DNA of 32,000 nucleotides from Methanocaldococcus jannaschii DSM 2661 (GCF_000091665.1 NC_000909.1:1576838-1608837); one strand, 5' to 3'. Counted from the first letter of the stretch, positions 1 to 12,211 are shown. Made by a program: numbers and translations. The notes: a model not told the origin generated them from the sequence alone.

Positions 1-450
1 GTTGATATTGCCTTTGATGGAGCTGATGAAGTTGAGGAAACAACTCTCTTTTTAATAAAAGGAGGTGGAGGCTGCCATACTCAAGAAAAAATAGTTGATT
101 ACAACGCAAATGAATTTGTTGTTTTAGTTGATGAAAGTAAATTAGTTAAAAAATTAGGGGAAAAGTTCCCAATCCCTGTGGAAGTTATTCCTTCAGCTTA
201 TAGGGTTGTAATAAGAGCTTTATCAGAAATGGGAGGAGAGGCAGTAATTAGATTAGGAGACAGAAAAAGAGGACCTGTTATAACAGACAACGGAAATATG
301 ATTATTGATGTATTTATGAACATAGATGACGCTATAGAACTTGAGAAAGAAATTAATAACATTCCTGGAGTAGTTGAAAATGGTATCTTTACAAAGGTAG
401 ATAAGGTTTTAGTTGGAACTAAAAAAGGAGTAAAAACACTTAAAAAATAA
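1..450 (+). CDS. rpiA: Ribose-5-phosphate isomerase A, C-terminal part (gene truncated by window start)
   Basis: Frame 1 is open from base 1 ([36 protein letters not shown]...); DGADEV and KGGGG(C/A)H motifs are typical of RpiA; stop at 448-450. The ORF track starts at an internal codon (178). Confidence 0.95.
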   Translation, partial: VDIAFDGADEVEETTLFLIKGGGGCHTQEKIVDYNANEFVVLVDESKLVKKLGEKFPIPVEVIPSAYRVVIRALSEMGGEAVIRLGDRKRGPVITDNGNMIIDVFMNIDDAIELEKEINNIPGVVENGIFTKVDKVLVGTKKGVKTLKK

Positions 451-461
451 AAAATTAGTTT

Positions 462-1880
<1,419 letters not shown>

Positions 1881-1893
1881 TTAGAAATATTAT

Positions 1894-3099
1894 TTATTGT
1901 TTAATCAATCTCCAGCAAATTTTTTTCTCCTCTTCAACTGCTGGTTGATTGTAGGCGTTTATATTGTAAAGCTCCCCCATAAAACCAACTTGCATCTCAT
2001 ACATGTATAGTAAAGCCCCCATAGCCATCTCATTTATTTCATCAAGGGTTATTCTTACATTTGGGACTCCATTATTTGTTAAAGCTATCTCTGTAGCTTT
2101 TTGTTGGCTCCTAATTATATCTGAATATCTGCAAGAAATTTTCTCATCATTTATGTCTTCAAATTCTATTTCTTCATCTAACCTATATTTTTTAGCAACC
2201 ATGAATGTTATAATCTTGTCTTTCTTCCCATCCATATACAACTGCAATAAAGAATGTTGGTCTTTGGCTCCAATTGATAATAAAGGAGTTATTCCATGCT
2301 TATTTTTTCCCAAACTTTCTCCAATAAGTTGTTTATACCAATCTCCAAAATATTTTAAGCTTTCAACATAACTCATAATAACTGAGATGTCCTTTCCTCT
2401 CTTATCATATAGGTAGTGTATAACCCCATTTAAAAGTGCAGGATTTTTTAAAATATCTTCATTTTGACAGATTTTGTCCATCTCTCTTGCTCCTTCTAAT
2501 ATTTTTGATATATCAACTCCTAAAGAATATAAAGGAGCTAAACCAACAGCAGTAAAGACTGAAAACCTTCCAGGGACATTTTCAGGAATTGAAAATATAT
2601 CATAGTTATTTTTCTCTGCCTCTCTCTTTAATTTCCCACCATTAGTAATAAAAACAAGTTTTCCTTTAAATGAATTTAATTTTTCAATTCTTTTTTTAAT
2701 TAGATAATAATTAACCAAAGTTTCCAATGTGTTGCCAGATTTACTAATAATATAAATTATAGATTCGTTTAAATCAACTTTTTTTAGTATTGAGAGGGTT
2801 TTTTCAGGGTCGCTGTTGTCTATAAAATAGGCATTATTGTTAAATGGTGAAATTGCATAATAAATAGCCATTGTTCCCAATATGGAGCCTCCCATTCCAA
2901 TAACTACAACATTTTCATATCCATTTAAAGATTTATATTTATCTAAGTTCTCATCATAAATAACATCTCTAAATCCTACAACTCCATTATCCAATTTCTC
3001 CATCAAGTTTGAATATGCATTTGCAAAATCTACTTTATTGATATCTTCAAGGCTTATTTCTCCAACTTTTAAAGCGTTTTCGTAATCATAACTTAGCAT
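1894..3099 (-). CDS. pgi: Glucose-6-phosphate isomerase
   Basis: VVVIGMGGSILG, IIYIISKSGNTLETL and PGRFSVFTAVGLAPLYSLG are PGI motifs. The likely start is the ATG at 3099 (MLSYDYENALKVGE...), since the 25 extra N-terminal residues in the ORF track overlap the end of glgA. Confidence 0.93.
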   Translation of the reverse strand: MLSYDYENALKVGEISLEDINKVDFANAYSNLMEKLDNGVVGFRDVIYDENLDKYKSLNGYENVVVIGMGGSILGTMAIYYAISPFNNNAYFIDNSDPEKTLSILKKVDLNESIIYIISKSGNTLETLVNYYLIKKRIEKLNSFKGKLVFITNGGKLKREAEKNNYDIFSIPENVPGRFSVFTAVGLAPLYSLGVDISKILEGAREMDKICQNEDILKNPALLNGVIHYLYDKRGKDISVIMSYVESLKYFGDWYKQLIGESLGKNKHGITPLLSIGAKDQHSLLQLYMDGKKDKIITFMVAKKYRLDEEIEFEDINDEKISCRYSDIIRSQQKATEIALTNNGVPNVRITLDEINEMAMGALLYMYEMQVGFMGELYNINAYNQPAVEEEKKICWRLIKQ

Positions 3100-3136
3100 A
3101 TTTCCCCCCAAATCTTTTATTACATAAAGTGGAAAG

Positions 3137-4702
3137 TTATGGTTGTAGATAGTGATTATAAATTGCTCCTCCAAATAAGCCCTTATACTTTCTTATAGAT
3201 GGGGAGTTCTGCCAGCTTAAGTTTCTAAACACGTGATAGTAGCAGTTTTTCATCATCATAGATAATGGGGAGTTCTCATCATAAGGATGTTTAGGGCATT
3301 TATATCTTATATACTGCATAAACATACATATTTCATTAAGTTTATAGAATGTCCAATTTAATGCGTGCTCAACCCCCCACATAAACCCCACTTTATCTGG
3401 AACTTTAAATAAAACACCCGTTGCCTTATCAAAATTTGGATGTTCATAAGGATTTGGATGAAGAGGAATTATGGTATCTTTTAAACCTCCAGTTTCTGTA
3501 GCTATGACTGGAGTGCAGTATGCCATAGCTTCCATTTGCACTAAACCACACGGTTCCCAGTATGAAGGCATAATTATCCAATCACTCCCAGCAAATACTA
3601 AAGATGAGAGTGGGAGGGAATAGCCTATCAATGCCAAGATTCTTCCATCATGTTCATTTGCAAGATTTTTTAGTCTCTCTTCAATATCTCTATCCCCCTT
3701 TGTTAAAAATACAAATCTTATATCATGTTTTTCTAAAAGTTCTGGAATTGCTTCAAACATGGTGTTAAAACCTTTTTGATGTGTCGCCCTTCCAACAAAA
3801 CCAATTAATGGAGTTTCTATATCTCCATCTACCCCACCATGGACCTCAACATCAGTAGCTGATATTCCTTTATCAATCTTATTCCAATCTTCCACATATT
3901 CATAAACTCCTCCTCTATAAAACCATGAATATTTTATTTTTGGTTTTATATTATGGGAATCTTCAGCTGAATAGGGAGAGATATAAGCATAATTTCTTGG
4001 GTCAAGTTTGTTGTTTGAGAGGTTGCACATCCTTTCTATTATCTTCATGGGGTCGTATTCATCAATATCAATTCCATTTAAAATCCCACAGAATGGCTTA
4101 TTATTTAAGTATTTTTTTATATAAGGGTAGTTTTTTATTTCCTCAGCATGAGAAGGGCTTACTGTATTAACGGCATCTGCATACTTAATTCCTAACTCCA
4201 AAAATGTCATAACTTCCCCTTTATACTCAATCATCTCTCCTTTAAATGCCTCATTATGTATGGTTAAGGTTGTTGGTAAATCTAAAATATCGTTGCATTT
4301 GGCTATAGCTAAACCACACATCCAATCATGCCCAGACACTACATCAATATCTTTAACCTCATCTAAATATGTAATAACCAAATCAGCAAAAATTTCATAC
4401 TTAATAGGGTCCCAAACATTTAAGTTATTGACACTTTCATTACTAAATACAATTAAATCTACTCCTGTCGTTGGATGCTTTGTTCTTAAAACATCAAATG
4501 TAATTTTAGCTCCTTTATAGATAACAGTTATTTTTTTGATATCTTCATAGGGAAGAGTAAAATACCTATTATAATGGTTTAGAGTTAGAACAACTACTTC
4601 ATTACCTTTTTTTAAAAATTTTGGCAAGTCTCTCATTACATCCCCTAATCCTCCATAAGAGACAATAGGGGTTATTGTTGGAGCAAGGATGACTATTTTC
4701 AT
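3137..4702 (-). CDS. glgA: Glycogen synthase, GT5-like glycosyltransferase
   Basis: 521 aa; N-terminal GGLGDVMRDLPKFL, central GFVGRATHQKGFNTM, C-terminal PSYWEPCGLVQMEAMAYCTPVIATETGGLKDT. Confidence 0.9.
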   Translation of the reverse strand: MKIVILAPTITPIVSYGGLGDVMRDLPKFLKKGNEVVVLTLNHYNRYFTLPYEDIKKITVIYKGAKITFDVLRTKHPTTGVDLIVFSNESVNNLNVWDPIKYEIFADLVITYLDEVKDIDVVSGHDWMCGLAIAKCNDILDLPTTLTIHNEAFKGEMIEYKGEVMTFLELGIKYADAVNTVSPSHAEEIKNYPYIKKYLNNKPFCGILNGIDIDEYDPMKIIERMCNLSNNKLDPRNYAYISPYSAEDSHNIKPKIKYSWFYRGGVYEYVEDWNKIDKGISATDVEVHGGVDGDIETPLIGFVGRATHQKGFNTMFEAIPELLEKHDIRFVFLTKGDRDIEERLKNLANEHDGRILALIGYSLPLSSLVFAGSDWIIMPSYWEPCGLVQMEAMAYCTPVIATETGGLKDTIIPLHPNPYEHPNFDKATGVLFKVPDKVGFMWGVEHALNWTFYKLNEICMFMQYIRYKCPKHPYDENSPLSMMMKNCYYHVFRNLSWQNSPSIRKYKGLFGGAIYNHYLQP

Positions 4703-4869
4703 AATTACCCCTTTAAAGCAATTTCAATTTCAGATTTTAACAATAAATATTATATTATGATGTACATATATCACAATGTTTTTATATTATCTAATTTAAA
4801 GTATCTATTAGATAGTTTTTATACCTTTCTAAGATTTATACTATATTTAAAAATCTAAATGATGATATT

Positions 4870-6042
4870 ATGAAAATTGCTATGGTAACTTGGGAATATC
4901 CCCCAAGAATTGTTGGAGGGCTGGCAATTCATTGTAAGGGCTTAGCTGAGGGATTGGTTAGGAATGGGCATGAAGTAGATGTTATAACAGTTGGCTATGA
5001 CTTGCCTGAGTATGAGAACATAAATGGGGTGAATGTTTATAGAGTAAGACCAATATCTCATCCACATTTTTTAACTTGGGCTATGTTTATGGCTGAAGAG
5101 ATGGAAAAAAAGTTAGGAATTTTAGGAGTAGATAAATATGACGTTATTCATTGTCATGATTGGATGACGCACTTTGTTGGAGCTAATTTGAAACATATCT
5201 GCAGAATGCCGTATGTTCAATCAATACACAGCACTGAAATTGGAAGGTGTGGGGGGCTTTATTCAGATGACTCAAAAGCTATTCATGCAATGGAATACCT
5301 TTCAACTTACGAATCCTGTCAAGTAATAACCGTAAGTAAATCTTTAAAGGAAGAAGTTTGCTCTATATTTAATACTCCCGAAGATAAAGTTAAAGTTATC
5401 TACAATGGAATAAATCCATGGGAATTTGATATTAATTTAAGTTGGGAGGAGAAGATAAACTTTAGAAGGAGTATAGGAGTTCAAGATGATGAAAAAATGA
5501 TTTTATTTGTTGGAAGATTAACATATCAAAAGGGAATAGAGTATTTAATAAGAGCAATGCCAAAAATTCTTGAAAGACATAATGCAAAATTAGTTATTGC
5601 AGGTTCTGGAGATATGAGGGATTATTTGGAAGATTTGTGCTATCAGCTTGGTGTTAGGCATAAGGTAGTGTTTTTAGGATTTGTTAATGGAGATACGTTA
5701 AAAAAACTCTATAAATCTGCGGATGTTGTTGTAATTCCATCAGTTTATGAGCCATTTGGTATAGTTGCTTTAGAGGCAATGGCTGCTGGCACACCAGTAG
5801 TTGTTAGCTCAGTTGGGGGCTTAATGGAAATTATAAAGCATGAGGTCAATGGGATTTGGGTCTATCCAAAAAATCCCGATTCAATTGCCTGGGGTGTGGA
5901 TAGGGTTCTATCGGATTGGGGATTTAGAGAATATATAGTCAATAATGCCAAAAAGGATGTGTATGAAAAATATAGTTGGGATAATATAGCTAAAGAGACA
6001 GTAAATGTTTATAAAATAGCTATGGAGATGATGGGACGATAA
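4870..6042 (+). CDS. GT4-family glycosyltransferase
   Basis: 390 aa; WEYPPRIVGGLAIHCKGLAEGL, LFVGRLTYQKGIEYLI, PSVYEPFGIVALEAMAAGTPVVVSSVGG. Confidence 0.9.
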   Translation: MKIAMVTWEYPPRIVGGLAIHCKGLAEGLVRNGHEVDVITVGYDLPEYENINGVNVYRVRPISHPHFLTWAMFMAEEMEKKLGILGVDKYDVIHCHDWMTHFVGANLKHICRMPYVQSIHSTEIGRCGGLYSDDSKAIHAMEYLSTYESCQVITVSKSLKEEVCSIFNTPEDKVKVIYNGINPWEFDINLSWEEKINFRRSIGVQDDEKMILFVGRLTYQKGIEYLIRAMPKILERHNAKLVIAGSGDMRDYLEDLCYQLGVRHKVVFLGFVNGDTLKKLYKSADVVVIPSVYEPFGIVALEAMAAGTPVVVSSVGGLMEIIKHEVNGIWVYPKNPDSIAWGVDRVLSDWGFREYIVNNAKKDVYEKYSWDNIAKETVNVYKIAMEMMGR

Positions 6043-6073
6043 TGTTTATTTTAAGACCTTTTGGGGGGATAAC

Positions 6074-6286
6074 ATGGAAGACATGTGGGGAAAAATAGGA
6101 GAAACTGCTGGAAAAATCTACCATTTATTAGAAGGAGGGGAAAAATCCCTCTCCCAGATAGAGAAAATCTTAAGAAAAGAGGGTTATAACTCAAATATTG
6201 TAAAGATGGCTATTGGATGGCTGGCAAGAGAAGATAAAATATTTGTGTTAAAAGATGATAAAAAGTGGGTAATTAAGCTGAAGTAA
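6074..6286 (+). CDS. Small winged-helix protein
   Basis: 70 aa; MWGKIGETAGKIYHLLEGGEKSLSQIEKILRKEG...MAIGWLAREDKIFVLKDDKKWVIKL resembles archaeal/bacterial winged-helix DUF2582-type proteins. Confidence 0.7.
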   Translation: MEDMWGKIGETAGKIYHLLEGGEKSLSQIEKILRKEGYNSNIVKMAIGWLAREDKIFVLKDDKKWVIKLK

Positions 6287-6324
6287 GTTAATAATATAAT
6301 TTTAAATATTTTTTTGGTGGAATT

Positions 6325-7449
6325 ATGAAATTCTTCAATAGAGAAAAGGAAATTAATAAAATCCTATCTATTATTGAAGGAGAACCAAATAATATTTATT
6401 TTATCTATGGTTCTTTAAACAGTGGAAAATCAACTCTAATGAGGGAAATAGTAGTTAATAGATTAGACATATCTAAGTATATTCCGTTTTTTATTGATTT
6501 TAGGACAAGGAATATTTTAAACGTTGATAATTTTATTGAATGTTTATTTGAAGTGGATGAAAAATCAGAAATAGACGATTTTAGGGAATATGCCAAATCA
6601 TTAGCTGATTTGTTGGTTAAAGGTAGTGAAGAGATTAGCAAATACTATTTGGGCATGCCCATTAAAATACCAAAACCATTTTTTGATAAGATTTTTAATA
6701 AAAAGGATAAATCAGCGGATGTTTATCAATATATAGAATATTTATTTGCAAAATTAAACGAAAAAGGTAAAAAACCAATTTTAATATTTGATGAGTTGCA
6801 AATGATTAAAGAGATAACTTTAAACGGAAATAGGAAGTTATTATGGAGTTTATTCCAATTCTTAGTTGCCTTAACTAAAGTCCAACATTTATGCCATGTT
6901 TTCTGCTTAAGTTCTGATAGTTTATTTATTGAATATGTTTATAAGACTGGAGAATTAGAGGGAAGAGCTGATTATATTTTAGTGGATGACTTTGACAAAC
7001 AAACGGCTTTAAAGTTTATAGATTTTTTAGCTAAAGAAATTTTAAATAAAAAACTCCCTAAGGATGAAAAAGAGTTGATATATAGTTATGTAGGGGGAAA
7101 ACCAGTTTTGATAATAAAAGTTATTGATAAGTTAAGATATGAAAATTTAAATGATATTTTGGACTTTATGCTTAAAGATGCCACTCAAAAGTTGAAGTAT
7201 TTCTTAAATGACTTGGATTATATAAAGCCAAAGGTTGAAGTTGGAGATGAAGTTATTGAACTTAAAAAAGAAGATATTGTTAAAGCATTAAAATTATTTA
7301 AGGATAGTTATGAAATTAGTGATAGTGAAGTAGCAAAGCCAATTTATGTGTATTTAGTTAAGAAAAATATATTATTTTTAAATCCTATTGAAGGAATTTT
7401 AAAACCGCAGAGCTTTTTAATCTGGAATGCTATAAAGAGATTATTGTAA
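6325..7449 (+). CDS. Archaeal AAA/STAND-type ATPase
   Basis: 374 aa; Walker [13 protein letters not shown], Walker [10 protein letters not shown], archaeal ATPase-family layout. Confidence 0.85.
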   Translation: MKFFNREKEINKILSIIEGEPNNIYFIYGSLNSGKSTLMREIVVNRLDISKYIPFFIDFRTRNILNVDNFIECLFEVDEKSEIDDFREYAKSLADLLVKGSEEISKYYLGMPIKIPKPFFDKIFNKKDKSADVYQYIEYLFAKLNEKGKKPILIFDELQMIKEITLNGNRKLLWSLFQFLVALTKVQHLCHVFCLSSDSLFIEYVYKTGELEGRADYILVDDFDKQTALKFIDFLAKEILNKKLPKDEKELIYSYVGGKPVLIIKVIDKLRYENLNDILDFMLKDATQKLKYFLNDLDYIKPKVEVGDEVIELKKEDIVKALKLFKDSYEISDSEVAKPIYVYLVKKNILFLNPIEGILKPQSFLIWNAIKRLL

Positions 7450-7454
7450 ATAAA

Positions 7455-7620
7455 ATTACACCTCCAAGCGTAAGCGAAGAGGTGTTAGTGGGTATCGCAG
7501 GACTTTCACAGAAATAAAATTCTATGACGAATAAAGATGCCTTTGGCATCAAAATTCCTTATATGTATAAGAGCTGTGAAAATCCTGTACCAATAGGGCG
7601 AAGCCCTATGGCTGTGAAGG
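7455..7620 (+). repeat. Hairpin-rich element, copy A (dispersed family; see findings)
   Basis: 7458-7464 acacctc pairs with 7479-7485 gaggtgt; 7498-7511 caggactttcacag pairs with 7574-7587 ctgtgaaaatcctg (13/14); 7536-7550 gatgcc-ttt-ggcatc; 7593-7609 atagggc-gaa-gccctat. Confidence 0.65.
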
Positions 7621-7682
7621 CTATAAAAAGAATATTGTAGGTTTTTCGCAAAAGGCAATAGAATATTAAAAAAATATATCGT

Positions 7683-9530
7683 GTGATTTATATGGGTGGA
7701 ATCGTTGGAAACAATAGTTTATTAGCCAAAATTGGAGATTATGGGGAAATTGAATACCTTTTTTATCCCCAAGTTGGTTATGAAACTCATTTCTTTGACT
7801 CTGCATTGGCAGTTTATGATAAAAAAGTAAAGTGGCATTGGGATGATGATTGGGATATAACCCAAAAATACATTGAGGAAACGAACATATTTAAAACTAT
7901 CTTAGAAGATGATAAGATTATATTAACCATTAAAGATTTTGTGCCAGTATCTCACAACGTGCTTATAAGAAGAGTGTATATAAAAAATAAACTCGATAAA
8001 AAATTAAATTTTAAGCTCTTTTTTTACGAAAATTTGAGAATTGGTGAAAACCCAATAACAAATACAGTTAAATTCTTAGAAGATGGTTGTATCGTTAAAT
8101 ATAATGGAAAATATATTTTTTGCATTGGAAGTGATAAAAGAATAGATTCATTTCAGTGTGGAAATAGATACAGTAAAACAAGTGCTTACATAGACATAGA
8201 AAATGGGATATTGAAGGAGCATAAAGAGAGTTCTGGATTATTAACCGATAGTGCAATATCATGGAATATAAAGATTGATGAAAAAAGAAGTTTGGCATTC
8301 AACATCTACATACTTCCACAAAGATTCGATGGAGATTTTTCAATAATAACTGAACAACTAAAGATTATAATGAATAACAGTGAAAACATTAAAAATCTCT
8401 CAATGAATTATTGGAAACATATTATAGGGGAGATAAATAGATTTATACATCCTGAGCTTAGGCAAAATAATAAGATTTATTCTATAACTAAAAGGGCTTT
8501 AATGACACTTTTAATGTTATGTGATAAGGAAGGAGGGATTATAGCGGCTCCATCTCTACATCCAGATTATAGATACGTGTGGGGAAGAGATGGAAGTTAT
8601 ATCTCAATTGCTTTGGACTTATTTGGCATAAGGAACATTCCAGACAGATTTTTTGAATTCATGTCTAAGATACAAAATGCAGACGGTTCATGGCTACAAA
8701 ATTATTATGTTAATGGAAAACCACGATTAACTGCAATACAGACTGACCAAATTGGTTCCATATTATGGGCAATGGATGTGCATTACAGATTAACTGGGGA
8801 TAGAAAGTTCGTTGAGAGATACTGGAACACTATAGAGAAAGCTGCTAATTATTTAAGGTTGGTAGCTTTAAACTTTACTCCATGCTTCGATTTGTGGGAA
8901 GAGAGGTTTGGAGTATTTGCTTATACAATGGGAGCTACTTACGCTGGATTGAAATGTGCATACAGCATGAGTAAGGCAGTGAATAAAAGGGATAAAGTTA
9001 AGGATTGGGGAAAAACCATAGAATTTTTAAAACATGAGGTTCCAAAGAGATTTTATTTGGAAGATGAGGAAAGATTTGCTAAATCAATAAATCCTTTAGA
9101 CAAGACGATAGACACAAGCATATTGGGTTTAAGTTACCCTTTCAATTTGATTGATGTTGATGATGAGAGAATGATAAAAACAGCCGAAGCAATTGAAAAA
9201 GCTTTCAAATATAAGGTTGGAGGGATTGGGAGATATCCAGAAGACATTTACTTTGGAGGCAATCCATGGATTATAACCACATTATGGCTTTCTTTGTATT
9301 ATAGAAGGTTATACAAGGTTTTAAAAGAAAAAGATGATAATGGGGCAGATATTTATCTACAAAAATCTAAGAAGTTGTTTAATTGGGTGATGAAATACAG
9401 CTTTGATGGGCTGTTTCCAGAGCAAATTCATAAAGAATTAGGTGTGCCAATGTCCGCTATGCCTTTAGGCTGGAGCAATGCAATGTTCCTCATTTATGTG
9501 TATGAGAATGATAAGGTCATAATACCATAA
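7683..9530 (+). CDS. Glucoamylase / GH15-family glycoside hydrolase
   Basis: 615 aa; YRYVWGRDGSYISIALD, GSWLQNYYVNGKPRLTAIQTDQIGSILWAM, CFDLWEERFG. Start is GTG 7683 or ATG 7692. Confidence 0.9.
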   Translation: MIYMGGIVGNNSLLAKIGDYGEIEYLFYPQVGYETHFFDSALAVYDKKVKWHWDDDWDITQKYIEETNIFKTILEDDKIILTIKDFVPVSHNVLIRRVYIKNKLDKKLNFKLFFYENLRIGENPITNTVKFLEDGCIVKYNGKYIFCIGSDKRIDSFQCGNRYSKTSAYIDIENGILKEHKESSGLLTDSAISWNIKIDEKRSLAFNIYILPQRFDGDFSIITEQLKIIMNNSENIKNLSMNYWKHIIGEINRFIHPELRQNNKIYSITKRALMTLLMLCDKEGGIIAAPSLHPDYRYVWGRDGSYISIALDLFGIRNIPDRFFEFMSKIQNADGSWLQNYYVNGKPRLTAIQTDQIGSILWAMDVHYRLTGDRKFVERYWNTIEKAANYLRLVALNFTPCFDLWEERFGVFAYTMGATYAGLKCAYSMSKAVNKRDKVKDWGKTIEFLKHEVPKRFYLEDEERFAKSINPLDKTIDTSILGLSYPFNLIDVDDERMIKTAEAIEKAFKYKVGGIGRYPEDIYFGGNPWIITTLWLSLYYRRLYKVLKEKDDNGADIYLQKSKKLFNWVMKYSFDGLFPEQIHKELGVPMSAMPLGWSNAMFLIYVYENDKVIIP

Positions 9531-9551
9531 ATAAATTTTTGAGATGAGAGT

Positions 9552-10955
9552 ATGTTAATAACGTTTAATTTTGAGGTGCATCAACCACATAGGCTAAATA
9601 AGGAGATAAACCAAAACGGAAATACTTTATGGGAAAAGTATGTAGATACAAAATTAAATAAAGAAGTTTTTAATAAAGTGGCTAATAAATGCTACATTCC
9701 TACAAATGAGTTGATATTGGAGCTTATTGATGAATATGATTTTAAAGTTAATTATTCAATTACTGGGGTTTTTGTAGAGCAAGCTTTGGAATTTAATGAT
9801 TACGTGTTGGATTTATTTAAGGATTTGGTAAAAACTGGCAATGTTGAGTTGATAGCTGAAACATATCATCACTCACTAACAAGTCTATTTGAAACTGAAG
9901 ATGAGTTTATTGAAGATATTGAGATGCATAGAAAGATGTACAAAGAAATATTTGGTTTTAAAGCCAAGGTGTTTAGAAATACTGAGCTAATATACAACAA
10001 CAGAATTGCAAAGATAGCAAAAGATTTAGGGTTTAAAGCGATATTTACTGAGGGAATTGAGAAAATCTTAGGCTGGAGGTCTCCAAACTATCTTTACCAA
10101 TCACCAGATGGTATGAAAATTCTGTTAAGGAATTATAGGTTGAGTGATGACATTGGCTTTAGATTTTCAGCAAGAGATTGGGACCAATATCCATTAACAG
10201 CTGATAAATATGCTATTTGGTTAGCTTCAACTCCTGGGGAAGTTATAAACATATATATGGACTATGAGACATTTGGAGAACATCACTGGAAAGAAACTGG
10301 AATATTTGAGTTTTTGAGATATTTGCCTATAGAGATAGCTAAGCATGAACATTTAGAGGTTGTTAATGTCAGTGAGGTTGTTGATAGATTAGAGCCAAGA
10401 GGAGAGATTTACGTGCATGAATTTGCCACGATATCATGGGCTGACACTGAGAGGGATGTAAGTGCATGGTTAGGGAATAAGATGCAAAGAATATCGTTTG
10501 AAAAACTAAAAGATATTGGTAAATTTATAAAAGAGAACTCAAACAAATTAAAAAAACTTAATAAATTTGATGAAATATATAAGATGTATAAGGTCTTACA
10601 GACAAGCGATAATCTTTATTATCAATCCATTAAGGGGCTTAGTGATATGAGTGTTCATAACTATTTCAGCCATTTTGACACTCCATTTGATGCCTATGCA
10701 AGTTATTTAAACATTTTATATGATTTTGAATATTATATAAAAGAATTGTTAGCTAAATCGGAATTTGATAAAAATAATAGACGGAAAGATGGACAAAAGC
10801 AATATGAAAAGGATGATGAAGTAAAAAAGGAAAGTTTAATAAATACAAATATTATAGTTGCAAAAGATGATAAAACAGAAAGTATTTATATTGAGGATGA
10901 AGAGGGTAAAAAGAATAAAAGATATGAAAGAGATGAAGGATTTATAATTGCATGA
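9552..10955 (+). CDS. GH57-family alpha-amylase-like protein
   Basis: 467 aa; FEVHQPHRL, VELIAETYHHSL, GFKAIFTEGIEKILGWRSPNYLY, YMDYETFGEHHW; these match GH57 conserved regions. Confidence 0.88.
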   Translation: MLITFNFEVHQPHRLNKEINQNGNTLWEKYVDTKLNKEVFNKVANKCYIPTNELILELIDEYDFKVNYSITGVFVEQALEFNDYVLDLFKDLVKTGNVELIAETYHHSLTSLFETEDEFIEDIEMHRKMYKEIFGFKAKVFRNTELIYNNRIAKIAKDLGFKAIFTEGIEKILGWRSPNYLYQSPDGMKILLRNYRLSDDIGFRFSARDWDQYPLTADKYAIWLASTPGEVINIYMDYETFGEHHWKETGIFEFLRYLPIEIAKHEHLEVVNVSEVVDRLEPRGEIYVHEFATISWADTERDVSAWLGNKMQRISFEKLKDIGKFIKENSNKLKKLNKFDEIYKMYKVLQTSDNLYYQSIKGLSDMSVHNYFSHFDTPFDAYASYLNILYDFEYYIKELLAKSEFDKNNRRKDGQKQYEKDDEVKKESLINTNIIVAKDDKTESIYIEDEEGKKNKRYERDEGFIIA

Positions 10956-10964
10956 GGGAGAAAG

Positions 10965-12200
10965 ATGAAAAAGGGAAAGTGTGTAATTTTTATTATAGAT
11001 GGATTAGGAGACAGACCAAATGAGAAGGGTTTAACCCCTCTAAAGGAGGCAAAGACCCCAACAATGGATAAAATTGCCAAGGAAGGGATTTGCGGTTTAA
11101 TGAATGCCATAGATATTGGTATAAGGCCAGGAAGTGACACAGCCCACTTAGCTATCTTAGGCTACAACCCTTACGAGGTTTATACTGGTAGAGGACCTTT
11201 AGAAGCTTTTGGTGTTGGCTTAGATTTAAAGGAGGGAGATATAGCATTTAGATGTAATTTTGCCACTGTTGATGAGAACTTTGTTGTTTTAGATAGGAGG
11301 GCTGGGAGAATAAGCCCTGAAGAAGCTGAAGAGTTAGAGAAGGAGATTGATGGTTTAGAGATTGATGGTGTTAAAGTTATCTTTAAATCTTCTAAGGGAT
11401 ATAGAGGAGCTTTAGTTTTGAGAGGAGAAGGCTTATCATGCAGAGTTAGCGATGGGGACCCACATGAAGAGGGAGTTAAGGTTAGCGAGATAAAGCCATT
11501 GGATGATTCAGAAGAGGCAAAGAGAACAGCAGAGATTTTAAATAAATTATTAAAGATTGTTTATGAAAAGTTAAACAACCACCCAATAAATGAGGAGAGG
11601 AGAAAGAAGGGCTTACCTCCAGCTAACATAATACTGCCAAGAGGAGCTGGAGTTGTTCCAAAGATAGAGAAGTTCTCTGAAAAATACAACATGAAAGGGG
11701 CTTGTATCTGTGGAACTGGATTAATAAAGGGAATGGCTAAGATGATTGGTTTGGATGTTATAGAGGTTGAGGGAGCTACTGGAACACCGAAGACAAACTT
11801 CATGGGCAAAGCTAAAGCTTTAGTTGAGGCTTTAAAGGAGTATGATTTTGTTTTAGTGAATGTTAAAGGTGCTGATGAAGCAAGCCATGATGGTAACTAT
11901 GAACTTAAAAAAGAAGTTTTGGAGAAAATAGATGAGATGCTTGCCTATGTATTTGAGCACATAAATAAGGATGAGGTTTATTTTGTTTTGACTGGAGACC
12001 ATTCAACACCAATAGAGATGAAAGACCACTCAGCAGACCCTATTCCAATAGTTATCTGGGGAAAGAGTGTCAGAGTTGATGATGTTACAGAGTTTAACGA
12101 ATTTGCATGTGCTAAAGGAGCTTTACATTGGATTAAGGGAGAGCATGTAATGAAAATATTATTGGACTTAACTGGAAGAAATGAGAAATTTGGTGCTTAA
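10965..12200 (+). CDS. apgM: 2,3-bisphosphoglycerate-independent phosphoglycerate mutase, archaeal type
   Basis: 411 aa; IIDGLGDRP, PGSDTAHLAILGY, LTGDHSTPIEMKDHSADPIPI. Confidence 0.94.
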   Translation: MKKGKCVIFIIDGLGDRPNEKGLTPLKEAKTPTMDKIAKEGICGLMNAIDIGIRPGSDTAHLAILGYNPYEVYTGRGPLEAFGVGLDLKEGDIAFRCNFATVDENFVVLDRRAGRISPEEAEELEKEIDGLEIDGVKVIFKSSKGYRGALVLRGEGLSCRVSDGDPHEEGVKVSEIKPLDDSEEAKRTAEILNKLLKIVYEKLNNHPINEERRKKGLPPANIILPRGAGVVPKIEKFSEKYNMKGACICGTGLIKGMAKMIGLDVIEVEGATGTPKTNFMGKAKALVEALKEYDFVLVNVKGADEASHDGNYELKKEVLEKIDEMLAYVFEHINKDEVYFVLTGDHSTPIEMKDHSADPIPIVIWGKSVRVDDVTEFNEFACAKGALHWIKGEHVMKILLDLTGRNEKFGA

Positions 12201-12211
12201 AATCTCTTTAA

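Noticed and set aside
2003-2371. Plus-strand ORF antisense to pgi, and similar antisense ORFs (3925-4170, 4260-4520, 6405-6641, 8095-8298, 10886-11140, 11561-11809, 13951-14148, 15686-15979, 15868-16083, 18251-18472, 25977-26168, 26628-26933, 31026-31355).
   Set aside because: Each lies opposite a well-supported conserved gene, has low-complexity F/L/S/I-rich translation and no recognisable motif; these are by-products of AT-rich coding DNA.
3190-3290. Repeated string 'gatggggagttct' / 'gataatggggagttct'.
   Set aside because: It falls inside the glgA reading frame (HPYDENSPLSM...WQNSPSIRKY) and arises from similar codons for NSP; no element features.
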